Numbered from the stretch's first letter, positions 13,531 to 26,168 are shown. The stretch: DNA of 64,000 nucleotides from Dicyema japonicum (GCA_011109175.1 RDEW01000033.1:558001-622000); one strand, 5' to 3'. Notes: generated from the sequence alone by a model not told the origin. Numbers and translations: made by a program.

Positions 13531-13734
13531 GAAATAAATGAGCCCAACGAAGCGCATGCTTAAGAAATAGATGACTCAATGTACTGCTTGTAGATAGGTT
13601 CCAAACGATTTCCGATCTTCCATAACCTCTAGAGAAATTAAAAAAAGGAATTAAGTAATCAGACCAAATATAAGGAAAATAGTATTTATAAAATAAATAA
13701 ATAAAATTCAAATTATAAAATTCGTGTGTAAAAA

Positions 13735-14497
13735 ATGTCCTTCTTTGTTGAAAGTCAATGTGTTCCGAAAGAAGACCTGAATTTTCATCGTTCTGAGGAA
13801 AACAAAGGAGTAAGGTCAGTTATAACCGTAGACTACACTGATTGCCATGAAGTGCAAGGACTGTATTGTATTGGGATCCGATACAAAGACTTCTTCCGGG
13901 TAAGGGCTCATATTTACCACGAGAATCCTAGTGAGTGAATACTACTCCCAGAAATTCTCTAAAATCTCAGACAGAATAGTTATTATGAGGGCTGGGAGTG
14001 CCGCTGACAGTCAAATGATAGCCCGCATAGCTGAGGCCAACCTTGAGGCCTACAAGTTTGATATTTGTCTCATTTTCTGATTTGAGAATAAGGGGGAGGT
14101 CCTCGTTAAAGTGGCCGCCCATACAATCGCCAGAATGATCTACCAATACAAGACTCGGTTGGGGGTTAGTCTTATAGTGGCTGGATATGACAATGTTGAG
14201 GGATTCCAGGTATACGCGGTGTCCCCCTGTGGATCCTTGCTGAGGAAAGAATGGCACGTGACCGGTTCTGGGTCACTGTTCCTTTACAATGTTATGGACA
14301 ACCACTATAATCCCGAACTGATGAGGGATGAGGCTGCCATGCTCATTTTGAAGGGTTTCTTAGAGGTCTTTAGTTTAGGGCTGAAGTCATCAGTGATGCA
14401 CGACAGGGCCAGTGGGGGGTTGGTCAGAGTGGGAGTCATTACTAAGGAAGGCTTCGAGGTTAGGACCCTCAAAATAGAGAATGTGATTTCACTTTGA
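13735..14497 (+). CDS. PSMB6: Proteasome subunit beta type-1 class (beta1)
   Basis: Propeptide then G|TTLIAM (22-nt intron 13810-13831), 'RAGSAADSQ', 'LIVAGYDNVEGFQVYAV', 'GSGS', 'DRASGGLVR'; needs a 1-nt correction at 13947-13950 and an odd junction at 14056-14079. Confidence 0.9.
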
Positions 14498-16017
14498 GTT
14501 TTGGTTTTTTTCTCTAATAACTGAGTCGTGTTGCTTTTTTGATACTTGATTGGGTTACCCGTGTTTACGGAGGGGTTGTTAGATCGCTTCTAATGAGAAC
14601 TTGTGATTATTTGCTACTGATTCTCCACGGAGGTACGACCAATTTCGGATTATTGGCTGGACTGATAGTACCGCTAGGAGCTATTAGACTGCATCTTCCA
14701 AAGTGTTATTGACTAGTAAGTCGCTCTCGTGGTTTAGGGCGTTTTCTCAGCGATCTATTTTCCTGGCTGTTTCTCCACCTTTTGTTATCAACGGTTCGAT
14801 GGAATGTAGGAAGGAAAACGATTTGGGTCATAGAATACCAGAAGTTTCGGCTATGACGAACTTGAAGGGACGGGTTTTAGCTCTCATTGAGACCGATCCT
14901 GATTGAGTGGTTGTCATCGTGAGGTTGGTAAAAAAGAAGCCACCTACACAAGCACCGTCCAAGGCCAGGTATTTCCCACCCTCCCAGAGTTGTCTTCCTT
15001 TGTTAGTGCTTCTAAGAAATGAAACAGATTTTTAATTTTATTGTCAAACAACCAATCTGTTATAGAACACAAGTCATGGCGATTATTCTCATCGATGTAG
15101 CTATGATCAAGCAAACCGTATATATTTGTTTGGTGAGGGAAAGTCTTTTAGTCACTACTGTGGGGGTTTTCTTCACGAGGAGGTTACCATATTGATAGTT
15201 GGACTCGTGACTGTGACCCTCTTCCCTTTTTAACGACCACAATATCTGCTCAGGATATTTCATCTCTGAACTGGATCTGAGTTTTGGCTCCCCTCGTCTG
15301 ACCAGCTTGGTAATACTATCAATCATATCTTTTCTGAACTAGGACCATCAATGACTCTAAGGGACTTATGGGAGCACCCTGCACTTCCAGGTGGACACTT
15401 GACGACAGCCGGCCTCCTACACGTTAGCGAGGTCGGGGTAACTAACTACTGGCCACAAGACCGGGTCGTGAAAATTTAAACAACATCTCCTAGCGCTGTT
15501 TGAAGTCACAAAACGTACACGAATTAAAATCGTGGATATGAGAATATTTCAAGTTTGCATCTAGAAAATGGAGTACACAATGGCCGAAATACTAAAAATA
15601 ACCCCCGTTGAATTCCTTCCAGTTGGTCAAGAATCATTCTAATGTTTCCTGGATACACCAATAACACGTGTCAGTTAAATTATTGGCACTCTGTTTGAAG
15701 AATACAAGGTCAATACTCTTCATGTTTTAGTGGGAACATTATTTTGGAATGTTTCAATTCTAAAACTGGTAAATTAACCATTCTTCAACTTGAATACCAC
15801 CAGCGAAAACTAGTGAGTTGAATCTAAAATCCAGTTACTAATCACATCCTACATTTATACAGGACTTCATGGTTAGTTTTCTTATCATAGACGATTTCGG
15901 TTAGAGGTTAATACTTAGTGGTTACTATGGATATGATTCTCCTTCCTGGTTACTTGCTCAAGAGTTTCTTGTATTTTCCTCAGTTCCTTCATTTCATTAC
16001 TTTATTACCACCATTAA

Positions 16018-16325
16018 TTTTATTTTATTTAACACCCAAGACCACGGTAAAACCAAAACTAACTATCACGTGATCCCGATGCGCTCGCCAAAATCCTCAT
16101 TCTTTTCCGGTGCTCCTCCCTCGTACCCACACAAGCTCGTACAGGGCGGCTGACTGTATTTGCAGGGCCACCTTCCCGCATGCCGGAGTTTTGTTTAATG
16201 AGGGCCTCCAGAGTAGTCGGTCCGGTTCTATGTCTCCCACAAGACCACCGCTCCGTCATTCTGAAAGCCTTCTTTTGAACGTCATCAATCTTCTTAGTGT
16301 TCGTCCATGATAATGACCACCATGA
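16018..16325 (-). mobile_element. LINE family B 3' fragment
   Basis: Reverse-complement match to 20360-20665 including the (TAAA)n-like tail. Confidence 0.9.
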
Positions 16326-16881
16326 CATGTGATTTATTTACTTAGAAGGCGTAGTGTTAGGATAGCATTAAAAAGGTTAACCTGCTCTCTTTACTTAACT
16401 GGATAAATTCTTAGAAGAATTTTTGAACTGTGGTTAAAAAAACTTATATCACTAAGCTCGTGATATTTTACTACTAACATCGTAAGTAATATTAACTACC
16501 ACTCTATGGTTGCTGATTTAGGCAGATGATTCTTCAAAATCTCCAGTGGAAGGAATTTGTACAAGGATATGCTTTGTTGAGTTTATGACGTCTCTGAAAC
16601 CGTCAATGATTGCGAAAAGAAATGAGTTTCAATCATAAGTAAATTAAGCAATCTATTGAAGGAACAACGAGTACTTAAATCCTATCATTTATGTTAAAAA
16701 AACGCTAATCGAACAAAAACATAGGATGAAGATCTTCGATAAAGAGTTACCTCTGCTTCTGACCAACCTGTGGAACTACAATGGCGTTAGGAATTCCATT
16801 GAATGCCCGAGTAATAAAAACCGACTGTAAAAATAATTAATGTTGAATCATATTACAATTTTAAGAAACCCCCAAAGGGGC

Positions 16882-17068
16882 CATGCGCCCAACCCAGAAG
16901 TACTGCAATACTGGGAGGACGCGCGGTATGGCGGAAGCAAGCTTCGCAACACATACCAAGTCACAAAAATAAGCATTATATCTTGCCCCTGTAAGGGCGT
17001 CCCAGATATAAAGCTGGGAAAGAAACAGATACTACACTTTGATCTTAGCCAAAAGGCCGAGAAGCGAC
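16882..17068 (-). ncRNA. RNU2: U2 spliceosomal snRNA gene
   Basis: Minus strand reads GTCGCTTCTCGGCCTTTTGGCTAAGATCAAAGTGTAGTATCTG (canonical U2 5' end and branch-point recognition GUAGUA), stem IIa UCCCAG/CUGGGA, Sm site AUUUUUG, stem IV loop UAUUGCAGUA; ~187 nt. Confidence 0.97.
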
Positions 17069-17299
17069 AGTAAGCTAGAATATTCACGTATTAATATTGT
17101 TTCAGTTAAAATGACAGTTAATATTATCATTATATTTGCTTTGATCTTTCGATATTAAATCTGAGTCATGTTTTATATTTTTAGTCATATATTATTTTAA
17201 TTAATAATATTACAAATTTTTTATATTTCCTATTTTTGTTTCTCGTCGTCTGAATTCGAACAATTTTTATTTCAAATTTTAGTTAACACTATGTCGGAA

Positions 17300-17950
17300 A
17301 ACACTGAATTAATGGAATAGACTTCTCCTTCTTGACGTCAATGTCAGGAGGCTCTCCAGTTCCTGGAAAAAAATCAACTTTGTGTGGATCTTTACCATCA
17401 TAAACACATATGCTCCTTACAGTTGATCGCTTGATTAGGACCCTTTGGAGGTTAAATACTTTTATACTAACCTGTCGGTTGTCTGCGCCGAACTTGCACA
17501 CTCAGGATTAATAATGATTGCTGGAGACCGGAAAAGTGGGTACTTTATTACCTCCAAAGAAACATTCATTGGAAGCTCGGCAGAGGAAGAAACTTGCTTG
17601 GGACCATACTGGCGAACTTATGCAAAGTAAAAAACCTATTCCTCTGCAACACGACGTTAGCGCATCCTGCCAGACACAAGATAACGTGGTCAGGGTGCAG
17701 TCAAAGCAAGGACGACATAAATATGAACATCTATGAACAGATGATTACATAATCTGCAGGCAGAAAGACCGCGATATTATGACCGATGCAAGTGATTATG
17801 GAGGATTTAATGGTACAAAATGGTAATTGCCACGCTCTCATTGCTGAGAATGAAAGGGAAAAGCAGTGATTGCACAAAACCGCACCCAAAAAATTACGAT
17901 TTGGACTATCTGAAAACTCAAACTAACCCTGACTCGGAATTCAGAGATTA
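17300..17950 (+). mobile_element. Degenerate APE endonuclease domain of an RTE-like LINE
   Basis: 'TIINTYAP', 'IMIAGD', 'NLFLCNTTLAHPARHKITW', 'DYIICRQ' across shifted frames. Confidence 0.7.
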
Positions 17951-18527
17951 CTTGGATAGAGAACTCAGGACTTGTTATCTTCATATGCATGGAGTTTATT
18001 TCCCATCCTTTTTCAGCAATGGACCACTTTTCTTGTTGAAAATTCCCATGGACGAATCCAGTTTCCAACTTCTACAGAAACAGAGTCCATCCGGAATCAG
18101 CATAAAAAAGTAAAAGACGTCCATACTTGCAGTGGTGGAAACCCTCCAATGGACTTCTTATCATATTTAAAAAAATTTTTTTACATGTTTGTATATATCT
18201 AATTAATTTAATTAAATTATTTTAAATATTTTATAAACATATTCAAATATTTCCTACTTACTTATTTTGCCACTGTATATTTAGTACACAATTTTTAAAG
18301 ACTGTACCTTTTTAAATTGTTAAAATGTCGTAACCAACTGCTAAAAGGACAAAAATTAGTAATCACTAAGGCGGAAATAATAGGAATTTTTTATGACATT
18401 ATAAAACAAAATAGTACAATTACGACATTTTAAGAAGAAAATAGGACAATTTTATTATTTTTATTTTTCAAATTATTTTGTATTTTTAACGTTTTAACTT
18501 TTTTTTGTCAAGAAATTTTACAAAACA

Positions 18528-18620
18528 TTAGTTAGCTGCCGCCCTCACTGCGTGGCTGTTCCCTCTCAGAATTGCGAGCGAAATTCGCTCAAACAGCCAG
18601 CGGCGTTTGCGGAGATCTCC
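18528..18620 (-). mobile_element. Extreme 3' fragment of CRE-like REL retrotransposon
   Basis: Encodes 'RRWLFERISLAILRGNSHAV..*', matching the C-termini at 40814, 42594 and 52511. Confidence 0.75.
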
Positions 18621-18900
18621 AATGCATGAGGTGATCAGGTTTCCGTTTTAACTGTAAATAAAAGTGGAATTTCAGCATTTAAAAATGCTTTAACCAAAAG
18701 ATATCCAGTTTTTCTTCTTTTTCTTCAGAAAGAAAAATTTGAGTGGTCTCTATATTTTGAAACCAATTATCTATTTATTTTATGGTTGTCCATACAAAAA
18801 TGTAACAAAAATATATATTTAAATTAATAAATAAGACTTAATTTTACTATAATGATGCTAAAGTAATTTTTAATTAACAAAAAATCCCCTAACACTCGCA

Positions 18901-20665
18901 TTGATCAAAGAAAGAAATCACCTCAAAAAATCTAATTGGATCACATTAAAAACGAAACTCCGGATCAGAGCTCTAAACAACGAAATAAAGGACAGAGAGT
19001 TCAAGGCCCAGAAATTGAAGTGGAATCGGATTCTTACAAAGGTAAATCGCAACTGTAGTACCGGAGAAGTGTGGAAAGCCATCCGAAATGTTGCAAAGGG
19101 AAGAAACTTCCCCGAGGATGACTATACTTAACGAGACGTTAACAATTTGATAAAATTCTACACAAAAATTTCGTACAAGGAACACAGGAAGTCTGAAGTA
19201 CTTCTCTCTTCATGGAGAAAACTGAAGAAGGATTCTAACCCAGTTTACTTCTCGGATGAGGACGTGAAGAATGCGCTGCATTTTACAAGAACAACGTACT
19301 CTGCCGGTCCCGACAACATTCCAGCAGTGTTATTGAAGAACCTTGGAGATATTGGAGTCGGTTTTCTAACGTCGGTGTATAACTATTCAATTAATTGTAA
19401 TACCGTTGTTATGGAAGCAAGCCAACATCCGACCTGTACTGAAACCTGGGAAACCTAAGGAAGATCCAGCATCATTTAGACCTGTGTCATTGTTATGTTC
19501 CATATCGAAAATCCTGGAAAGGCTTGTGCTTGTGAGAATCAAGGCTTTCTTACCAGAAAAGGATTTTCAACACGGATTCAAGAGCGATTGTTCTACATCA
19601 ATGTACCTACAGAAATTAACCAACTTCATTAGAGATGGTTTTCAAACAAACCAAGGCATTTGAAACAGTCTTATGTTCCATTGATATTAACAAGGCCTTT
19701 GATTCTATTTCGAGAAAAATATTATCAAAGAAAATTTTCCAGTCGAGATCCCGGGGAAGCTTAAACTTTGGATAACAAATTTCTTAAGTGGACGGGGACG
19801 TGTATGCCTCAGAGGACTGAAATCAGTCTCACATCTTCTCCCAAACGGTGTCCCCTAAGGATCTCCTTTATCCCCGCTTTATTCAATTAATACCTGGCAG
19901 ACCTCCGACACCGGAATCCAATAACGATTTTCTACTTTCATATGCGGACGACATTGTTTTGGCCTCGCGTGATCGGGATATCCAAAATGCTACAGAAAGA
20001 TTACAAATTAACCTGGACCGACTCAACGCCTGGGTAATGAAGAACCGACTCACGATAAATTCCAGAAAGTCGGTCACGTCTATGTTTACTTCGGACAAAA
20101 GGTTGGGGAAGATGACTGTCAAGTTAAAATTGGACAACGTTGAAATCCCCTTCAGCAAATGTCAGAAGATCCTGGGCGTGACACTGGATACACACTTATG
20201 TTTGTCACCACACGTGGCAAACATTGTTCTGAAGTGCGAGAAGAGGATCAATGTATTAAAATGTTTATCTGGAATATGGAAGACAGGTACCCACCCGGTC
20301 TTGATGAACATTTACAAGCAATACATCGAACCATGCTTCTCGTACGCGTGTGCTTCGTGGGGACCTTCATTATCATGGACGAACACTAAGAAAATCGACG
20401 TTCAAAAGAAGGCTTTCAGAATGACGGAGCGGTGGTCTTGTGGGAGACACAAAACCGGACCGACTACTTTGGAGGCCCTCATTAAACAAAACTCCGGCAT
20501 GCGGGAAGGTGGCCCTGCAAATACAGTCAGCCGCCCTGTACGAGTTTGTGTGGGTACGAGGGAGGAGCACCGGGAAAGAATAAGGATTTTGACGAGCGCA
20601 TCGGGATCACGTGATAGTTAGTTTTGGTTTTACCGTGGTCTTGGGTGTTAAATAAATAAATAAAA
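18901..20665 (+). mobile_element. LINE family B (Jockey/I-like RT), longest copy, frameshifted
   Basis: 'SAGPDNIP', 'PASFRPVSLLCSISKILERL...QHGFK', 'SYADDI', 'KILGVTLDTHL'; (TAAA)n tail at ~20648-20665. Confidence 0.9.
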
Positions 20666-20682
20666 CACTAAAAACTCTACAC

Positions 20683-20914
20683 CAGGCGTATCAAACTCAT
20701 TTAGCTTCGAGGGCCGCATTTTATGATAATTTTTCATCAAGGAAAGAATTTATTTTTAATGAAAAACCAAAAATAAGGGAAAACTAAATATATAATCACC
20801 ATCTTCTAATCGTGCTTAGATCAACTTCCGGAGGATTGACATAGTTTTCAGATACAATTTTTGATAATGTCGGGCTCAACTATGGAGTTGCGGCCCGCAT
20901 GTTTGACACTTATG
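20683..20914. mobile_element. hAT (Buster/Charlie-type) MITE, 232 bp
   Basis: Imperfect TIR CAGGCGTATCAAAC / GTTTGACACTTATG; perfect 8-bp TSD CTCTACAC (20675-20682, 20915-20922) with central TA. Confidence 0.88.
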
Positions 20915-21019
20915 CTCTACACCCTAACAATAACATATCCCTAAACTCTATTCGAAATCCTTAACTCTATGCTAAAAATAAAAAATTGATTTTTAATCTT
21001 TTTATTAAATTAATCATCA

Positions 21020-21400
21020 TATCCAATTTTGATTAGTCTTTTATGTGCCCTTCCAAACATTCACCGGACTCACTGTCCAATGTACAGATTCCAAATTTCT
21101 TATCGACACTTAAATCAATTAAATCCGCTAAATATCGGTCTCTACAATTTTTTGCGATGATTGGTGTGATCGGAGGTTTGTGACAATGCTTTTTTCGATT
21201 GGCATGGAACACACGTTGAAATTACTTTTGAAATTGAAGATTTTATTATGTTTGGTTTTGTGTCTGTAGACTCAAACCTACTAGAAACAAGCACTATTTC
21301 TTTCCCTACCACATGGATGGTTGAATCTGGCTTTTTCAGCTGTTATGGATGTTTTAGTAAAAACGAAACACATTGGACATCAACAGAGGGGAACAATAAG
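21020..21400 (-). mobile_element. Degenerate integrase remnant (Ginger/Gypsy-type H2C2 + start of rve)
   Basis: 'ISTCVPCQ...PIIAKNCRDRYLADLIDL'. Confidence 0.6.
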
Positions 21401-21779
21401 ATTAAGACTGAATACCTACACCAAAATTGACTTTGATATCTTGTGTCAGAAAAACCAAGATCAATCTAGTCACCACTAGTTAATTGAATGTTGTCAATTT
21501 GTGTTATGTTTATCTTTGATTATTAAAATAAAGAGCGCTTTGTGGACCACTGCAAATTCTCTGTGAACCACAGGTGGTCCACCTGGATCACGTTGGGAAC
21601 CACTGTATTAATCGATCAGATTATAATAATTGAAAGCCTTAAGGACAATGGAAAGTTCTGAGACCGTGAGAAAATTAGAGGTAAGTATCGAAGCAACCAG
21701 TAACTTTTGGGACGATCAAAGGAGTTAGATTGTGGATCAATTGAAGTGGGAAAGCTTATCGCTACCCTAAGAAAAGTGC

Positions 21780-22620
21780 TCAAATTAAATTACCATGGTA
21801 ACCTTGGGACTGCTCCAGAAAGGAGTGAACTTGAAGAGAAAATAACATCACAAAAAGTACAGGTGGTAAACTCAAAATTGAAAAATGACAAGACCCGAGG
21901 CCCGGGCGGCCTCAATTGTGAATTCTTCAAATATTGAACTCATAACTGTATGAAAGCATCGATAGTATCTTAAATGGAATCTATAGAACGGGAGCACCCA
22001 AATGGGAGAAGGGACTCTGATACCAGTTCAGAAGGCTAAAGTGTAAAATCTCAAACCGGTTATTCCGATGAACACACTTGGAAAATATTACCTGATTAAC
22101 TCTACAGAGAATCGAGAGTCGGTAAGACTCATGCCTGTCCGGTTTCCGTAAGGGCAGATCGACCTCGGATATTGTATGGAAATGTGAAACACTCCAAAGA
22201 TTCAAAAATCTATTTTTTGGATTGACATGTCAAAAGTTTATTTACTAGTCAATCGACAGAAACTGTTGCAAGTCCTGGAGGGCTTCCTTGATAATTCCAA
22301 GGTCAGACTGACTGGACACTCCTAACGGATACGAAACCTGAATATGAGAATCAGGGTAACCTCCTCAAGACGATTAGATTCAACGATGGGATCCATTACA
22401 CTTTATTTTGTTTTCCATCTACCATGAGGCAACCCTTTTGACCTGGAGTCGCTCCTTGAAGGGGAAACAAGCACAATAGCATATGCAGACTTTATTTCAA
22501 ATAATAAAGAAGCACTTACTAATTTATTGGAGAAAATACTGGGAAAGTTGGTTGAATGGTTCCCAACGGTAAACTCGGACAAAGCTGAAGTCTCAAAAGA
22601 GAGGACGGAGAGTACTGCCA
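21780..22620 (+). mobile_element. Highly decayed RTE-like RT remnant
   Basis: 'KNDKTRGPGGLNCEFFKY', 'IAYADFIS', GSLL-like motif. Confidence 0.55.
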
Positions 22621-23239
22621 ATTAGTCTGAATTTTCAGATGGCAATTACATTTTTGACATTGAGAGTGACATATATCAAGTCATTGATTATCAGAATTTT
22701 ATTTTTTATGATGGCAACCATGATTTTCTAGCGTGCTACATTTTTAGTGGCTTCTTACATAGGAAAGATAATTTGGAATATGAAATTTTAGAAGAAGCCT
22801 TGCGAAATAAATTAAAGCTCTAAATTAAAGCTCTCTAGTGAAGTTTGTATATTTTCGCATCCCTCAAAAGTATAATTTCATTAAATTGTAGATATAACAT
22901 GTTTTTGTTTCCTGTCCCAATGAAAGATTTCAGCTGGATGTGTGGAGACTAGCTTATCGAAACGAAGGATTTGTTCCCGAGTCTTTATTAACTCCAACCT
23001 ATCAATGTTTATGCATAGTAGTTTAGTGTTACACATATTAATTAGGTTTTTAATATTTTAAGTGTGCTGACTACAGAGCAAATGTAAGATTCAATGAGTT
23101 CGACTCCAGAACATGTTGAAAATCACGTAATTCGTTTTTAAATATTAAATTTATATTTCACATTAAACAAAAACTTTAAATAAAATTTTGTATCTCCAAG
23201 GCATGCAGTCATCATCAATCCCCTTAGTATCTCCTAAGG

Positions 23240-24690
23240 CAGTGGTCGGCAACCGTGGCTCTGAGTTTTTATGAGGCTCTTTCAATTATCGAAAAATGAT
23301 TACTTACATCTCTAATAAAAACAATTTTAAAATAGTGCTCTTCCAAAATGTTTTTATGTATATTTTAGACTATATATAATATTTAAATGCTATTTTATAT
23401 TAAATTGTTATTTTTATTTAAATTATTAAATATTTTTGCATATTTTAATTTTAAAAATCTTACTTGATTAATCATAAATTCTGTTTGTGGCTCTTGTCTA
23501 TAAATAAGAAAATAAGTAAAGAACGGATATAAAACGTTTTTTTCAACCTCAATGGACTGGGAATATTGCCAGCATATCAAGCTTAGATCACCTTGCAAAT
23601 TGTCTCCTTTGCCACGAAACATTCAGCCAGAACAAAAAGTCAAATCTGGAGAGACATTATGAGATTGCAAAACTGGAAAAACCATTCACAGATTGTGAAC
23701 ACATCAAATTCTGTTTTCTAAAATTGTCACATCACCTATTCCAAAATTTTACGAATAAATAAAGATTTTAAATCAAATTAAAATAAACCGGTATTCACAG
23801 AAAAAATGAGAATAAAGCTATTAAGATTTTTTGCAATGTAATTAAAATAGCTTCTGCAATTTCGATCGGAGTAGATGATTTATGAGACATTAAGGATACG
23901 GCTCAGGTTTTTATGAACTTAATATTAAATTAAGTGCCTTATTAATACGTTATGTTTCTCGAGACTTGCCTAGAGGAGAACTTTTTGCATTATTGGCGCT
24001 AAAGGGTCAAACCCATGGAGAGGACATTGCCGGTGCCTTACTTTATTACGTGGAAACAAATTATATTCCAATAAATAGGATCGTATCAATTTAAACCGTC
24101 GGTCCCCAAAGCATGCTGGAGGGGTTTGTCTCACTCTTGAAAAAGAAAATTGACCATGACGTGACTACATTGCATTATCCACCAGGAAGCACTTTGTGCA
24201 TAAACATTTCCTGAAGGAATATTAAGTTATGGGATTGCTTTTCATCTTGCATGCAGGAAATAAAACTTTCCCCAGAACAAGAATGCCCAATATCCAGAAT
24301 TAACTCAGCATCACTGGTTGCAGAATTCTACTTTATGGTGGATTATGAGCTCAACCTTCTAAATTACAAATTGCAAGGACACGAAATATAGCATTTTCGA
24401 CGTTTGAAGAAATTATTTTATTCAAAAAAAGAAATTGTCTATGTTTGAAGAGGACTAGATTCCATACAAACAGGCTTCGATAAACCGTAAATTTATATTG
24501 CACAGAAAGATTTGTGAAATAAAAAATACTTCAAAAATGACTCTCAGATTATCGCATATCTGTAAAATAAAAATGACACCTTCAGAAATTCTTAAGAATC
24601 GTGAAAATGGGAAAACTGTGAAGCTATGATTAACAAGTGTATACAATTTGAGGTGAACATCATCAACTTTATAATTGTTGAATGGATTCT
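23240..24690 (+). mobile_element. hAT (Buster / GTF2IRD2-like) transposon remnant
   Basis: Left end CAGTGGTCGGCAACC; 'EIAKTGKPFTDCEHIK', 'DIKDTAQ', 'LKGQTHGEDI', 'HQEALC'; related to 35866-36420. Confidence 0.75.
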
Positions 24691-24719
24691 AGGGATCGAT
24701 AAAATTAATGGTTTTATTA

Positions 24720-25900
24720 CTGAATGTATCATCATTTCAAAAGCTAAAGTATTTGGTAAAAAGATAAAGCCACGTTTTAACTAATTTTTTGAAAACATTG
24801 AAATTTTATTCCTTCCAAAAACACAACTGCTCATCTTCAACCAATGGATGCGAGCAAAATTAAGAACTTTAAGCATTATTATAGAAAAGGACTTATTTTG
24901 GATGGTTCACGGCTAATTCGTCTAAAACAATTCATCTAGAGAAAATTCATCCAAAAATTCGTCTAAGTAACAATTCGTCTAAATTTCACGTTCGATCTAT
25001 TTAAATTCAAAGTTTATCTCATTTTTTTACGGAAATTACCAATTAAGACTTAATTAACCTAAATGCGTAAAAATATTAATTATAACTGTAAAATTGGATA
25101 TTTTATTACATTTTAAAATGATCACTCAGTTCATTGAATCTGAAAAATGTAAAAAATAATTCTTAACGGATATACTTATTACAAAAACAACAAGAATGAA
25201 AATGTAGTATATTGGAAGTTCCAAAAATACCATAAAACAACAACATAAAAAGAATTGTTGAATATTTTAGATTTGACAATATAAATGAATATCTTAGAGG
25301 AATAGCTCACAGTATTTCTTTTAAATATCTTGAATAAAATATTTAATTGTTATTAGACAAACATGACGATTTAGACAAATTCATATTAGATGAATTGTTT
25401 TAGATGAATTTTCTGGTTACCATTTTTGATAAATGGAAGCCCTTGATTTGGAAAAAGTTTTGTGAATTTACGGAAAGCCATCATTTTGGTATCTTACGTA
25501 TGGAATGAAGTAAAAGAAGACACAATAAAAATTGTTTCATAAAGACAGGATAATTAAATATCTTTATTCATTGCTAATGAAGATATCATGCAAGATCCTG
25601 TTTTGAATGTGTACCTAAAAAAACTTGCTAATGAGGATGAAATAACTCATACAGAAACGCTCGACGAGAATGAATTAATCAACCTTTTTTGTGAAGATTA
25701 TAATGTCGACGATGAAATTATTGATGCTGAAAATGGAGAGACCGATGTAGAATTTTCGCCAAATCACCTTTATAATCCGAAAGGCACCCAAATTTTTTTG
25801 TTCGGATTAATGAGGGTTTATTGTATTACAAAAAATACTTGATAAACCGGAAACCATTATTTTTAGGACTCGGTTTAGTATTCCAGATTCAGAAGGAAAT
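24720..25900 (+). mobile_element. pogo/Tigger (DDE_1) remnant, interrupted by a MULE element
   Basis: 'PKNTTAHLQPMDASKIKNFKHYYRK' before the insert, 'EVKEDTIK..F' after it; related copy at 36770-37260. Confidence 0.75.
24904..25421 (+). mobile_element. Non-autonomous Mutator-like (MULE) element, 518 bp
   Basis: ~35-bp TIR (GGTTCACGGCTAATTCGTCTAAAACAATTCATCTA vs rc GGTAACCAGAAAATTCATCTAAAACAATTCATCTA); 9-bp TSD ATTTTGGAT/ATTTTTGAT; internal FLYWCH-like 'NGYTYYKNNKNENVVYWK' and C-terminal 'YLRGIAH'. Confidence 0.82.
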
Positions 25901-26168
25901 GCAGAGTTAATTATTTTATTAATTAGATTAAATATATTTTGTTATGTTTTATTATTTTAAATCTTGGGTCAATAATTTCGAAGGTCAGTAACGAGCGTCA
26001 GAAAACCGAATGGTTGTCCCAAATAGTGACAGTGGGAACAGTCATTCCATTCTATCAGCTGGATAATTTTGATTGTCTTAGATTGTAATAAATTTTTTTC
26101 CATTTAATAACAATTTTGGAATAAATTTAATTAAAAAATAATAAATATAAATACTTAGACAAAAATAT

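Noticed and set aside
15060-15480. Forkhead-like 'KRLSLTKQIY' and a GC hairpin at 15408-15447 as an HDV-like ribozyme
   Set aside because: The forkhead-like pieces fall in different frames without the WxNSIRH core; the hairpin lacks HDV topology and lies in an open plus-strand frame. The region is probably coding but I could not identify it.
16840-17087. 77-aa and 79-aa ORFs from the track
   Set aside because: They overlie the U2 snRNA gene and are incidental open frames.
18528-18620. Apparent conserved RNA structure or ribozyme shared with 42605-42690 (paired GGCTGTT/AACAGCC, seeming covariation)
   Set aside because: The minus strand encodes the CRE-like C-terminus 'WLFERISLAILRGNS'; the similarity is coding homology and no HDV or hammerhead core is present.
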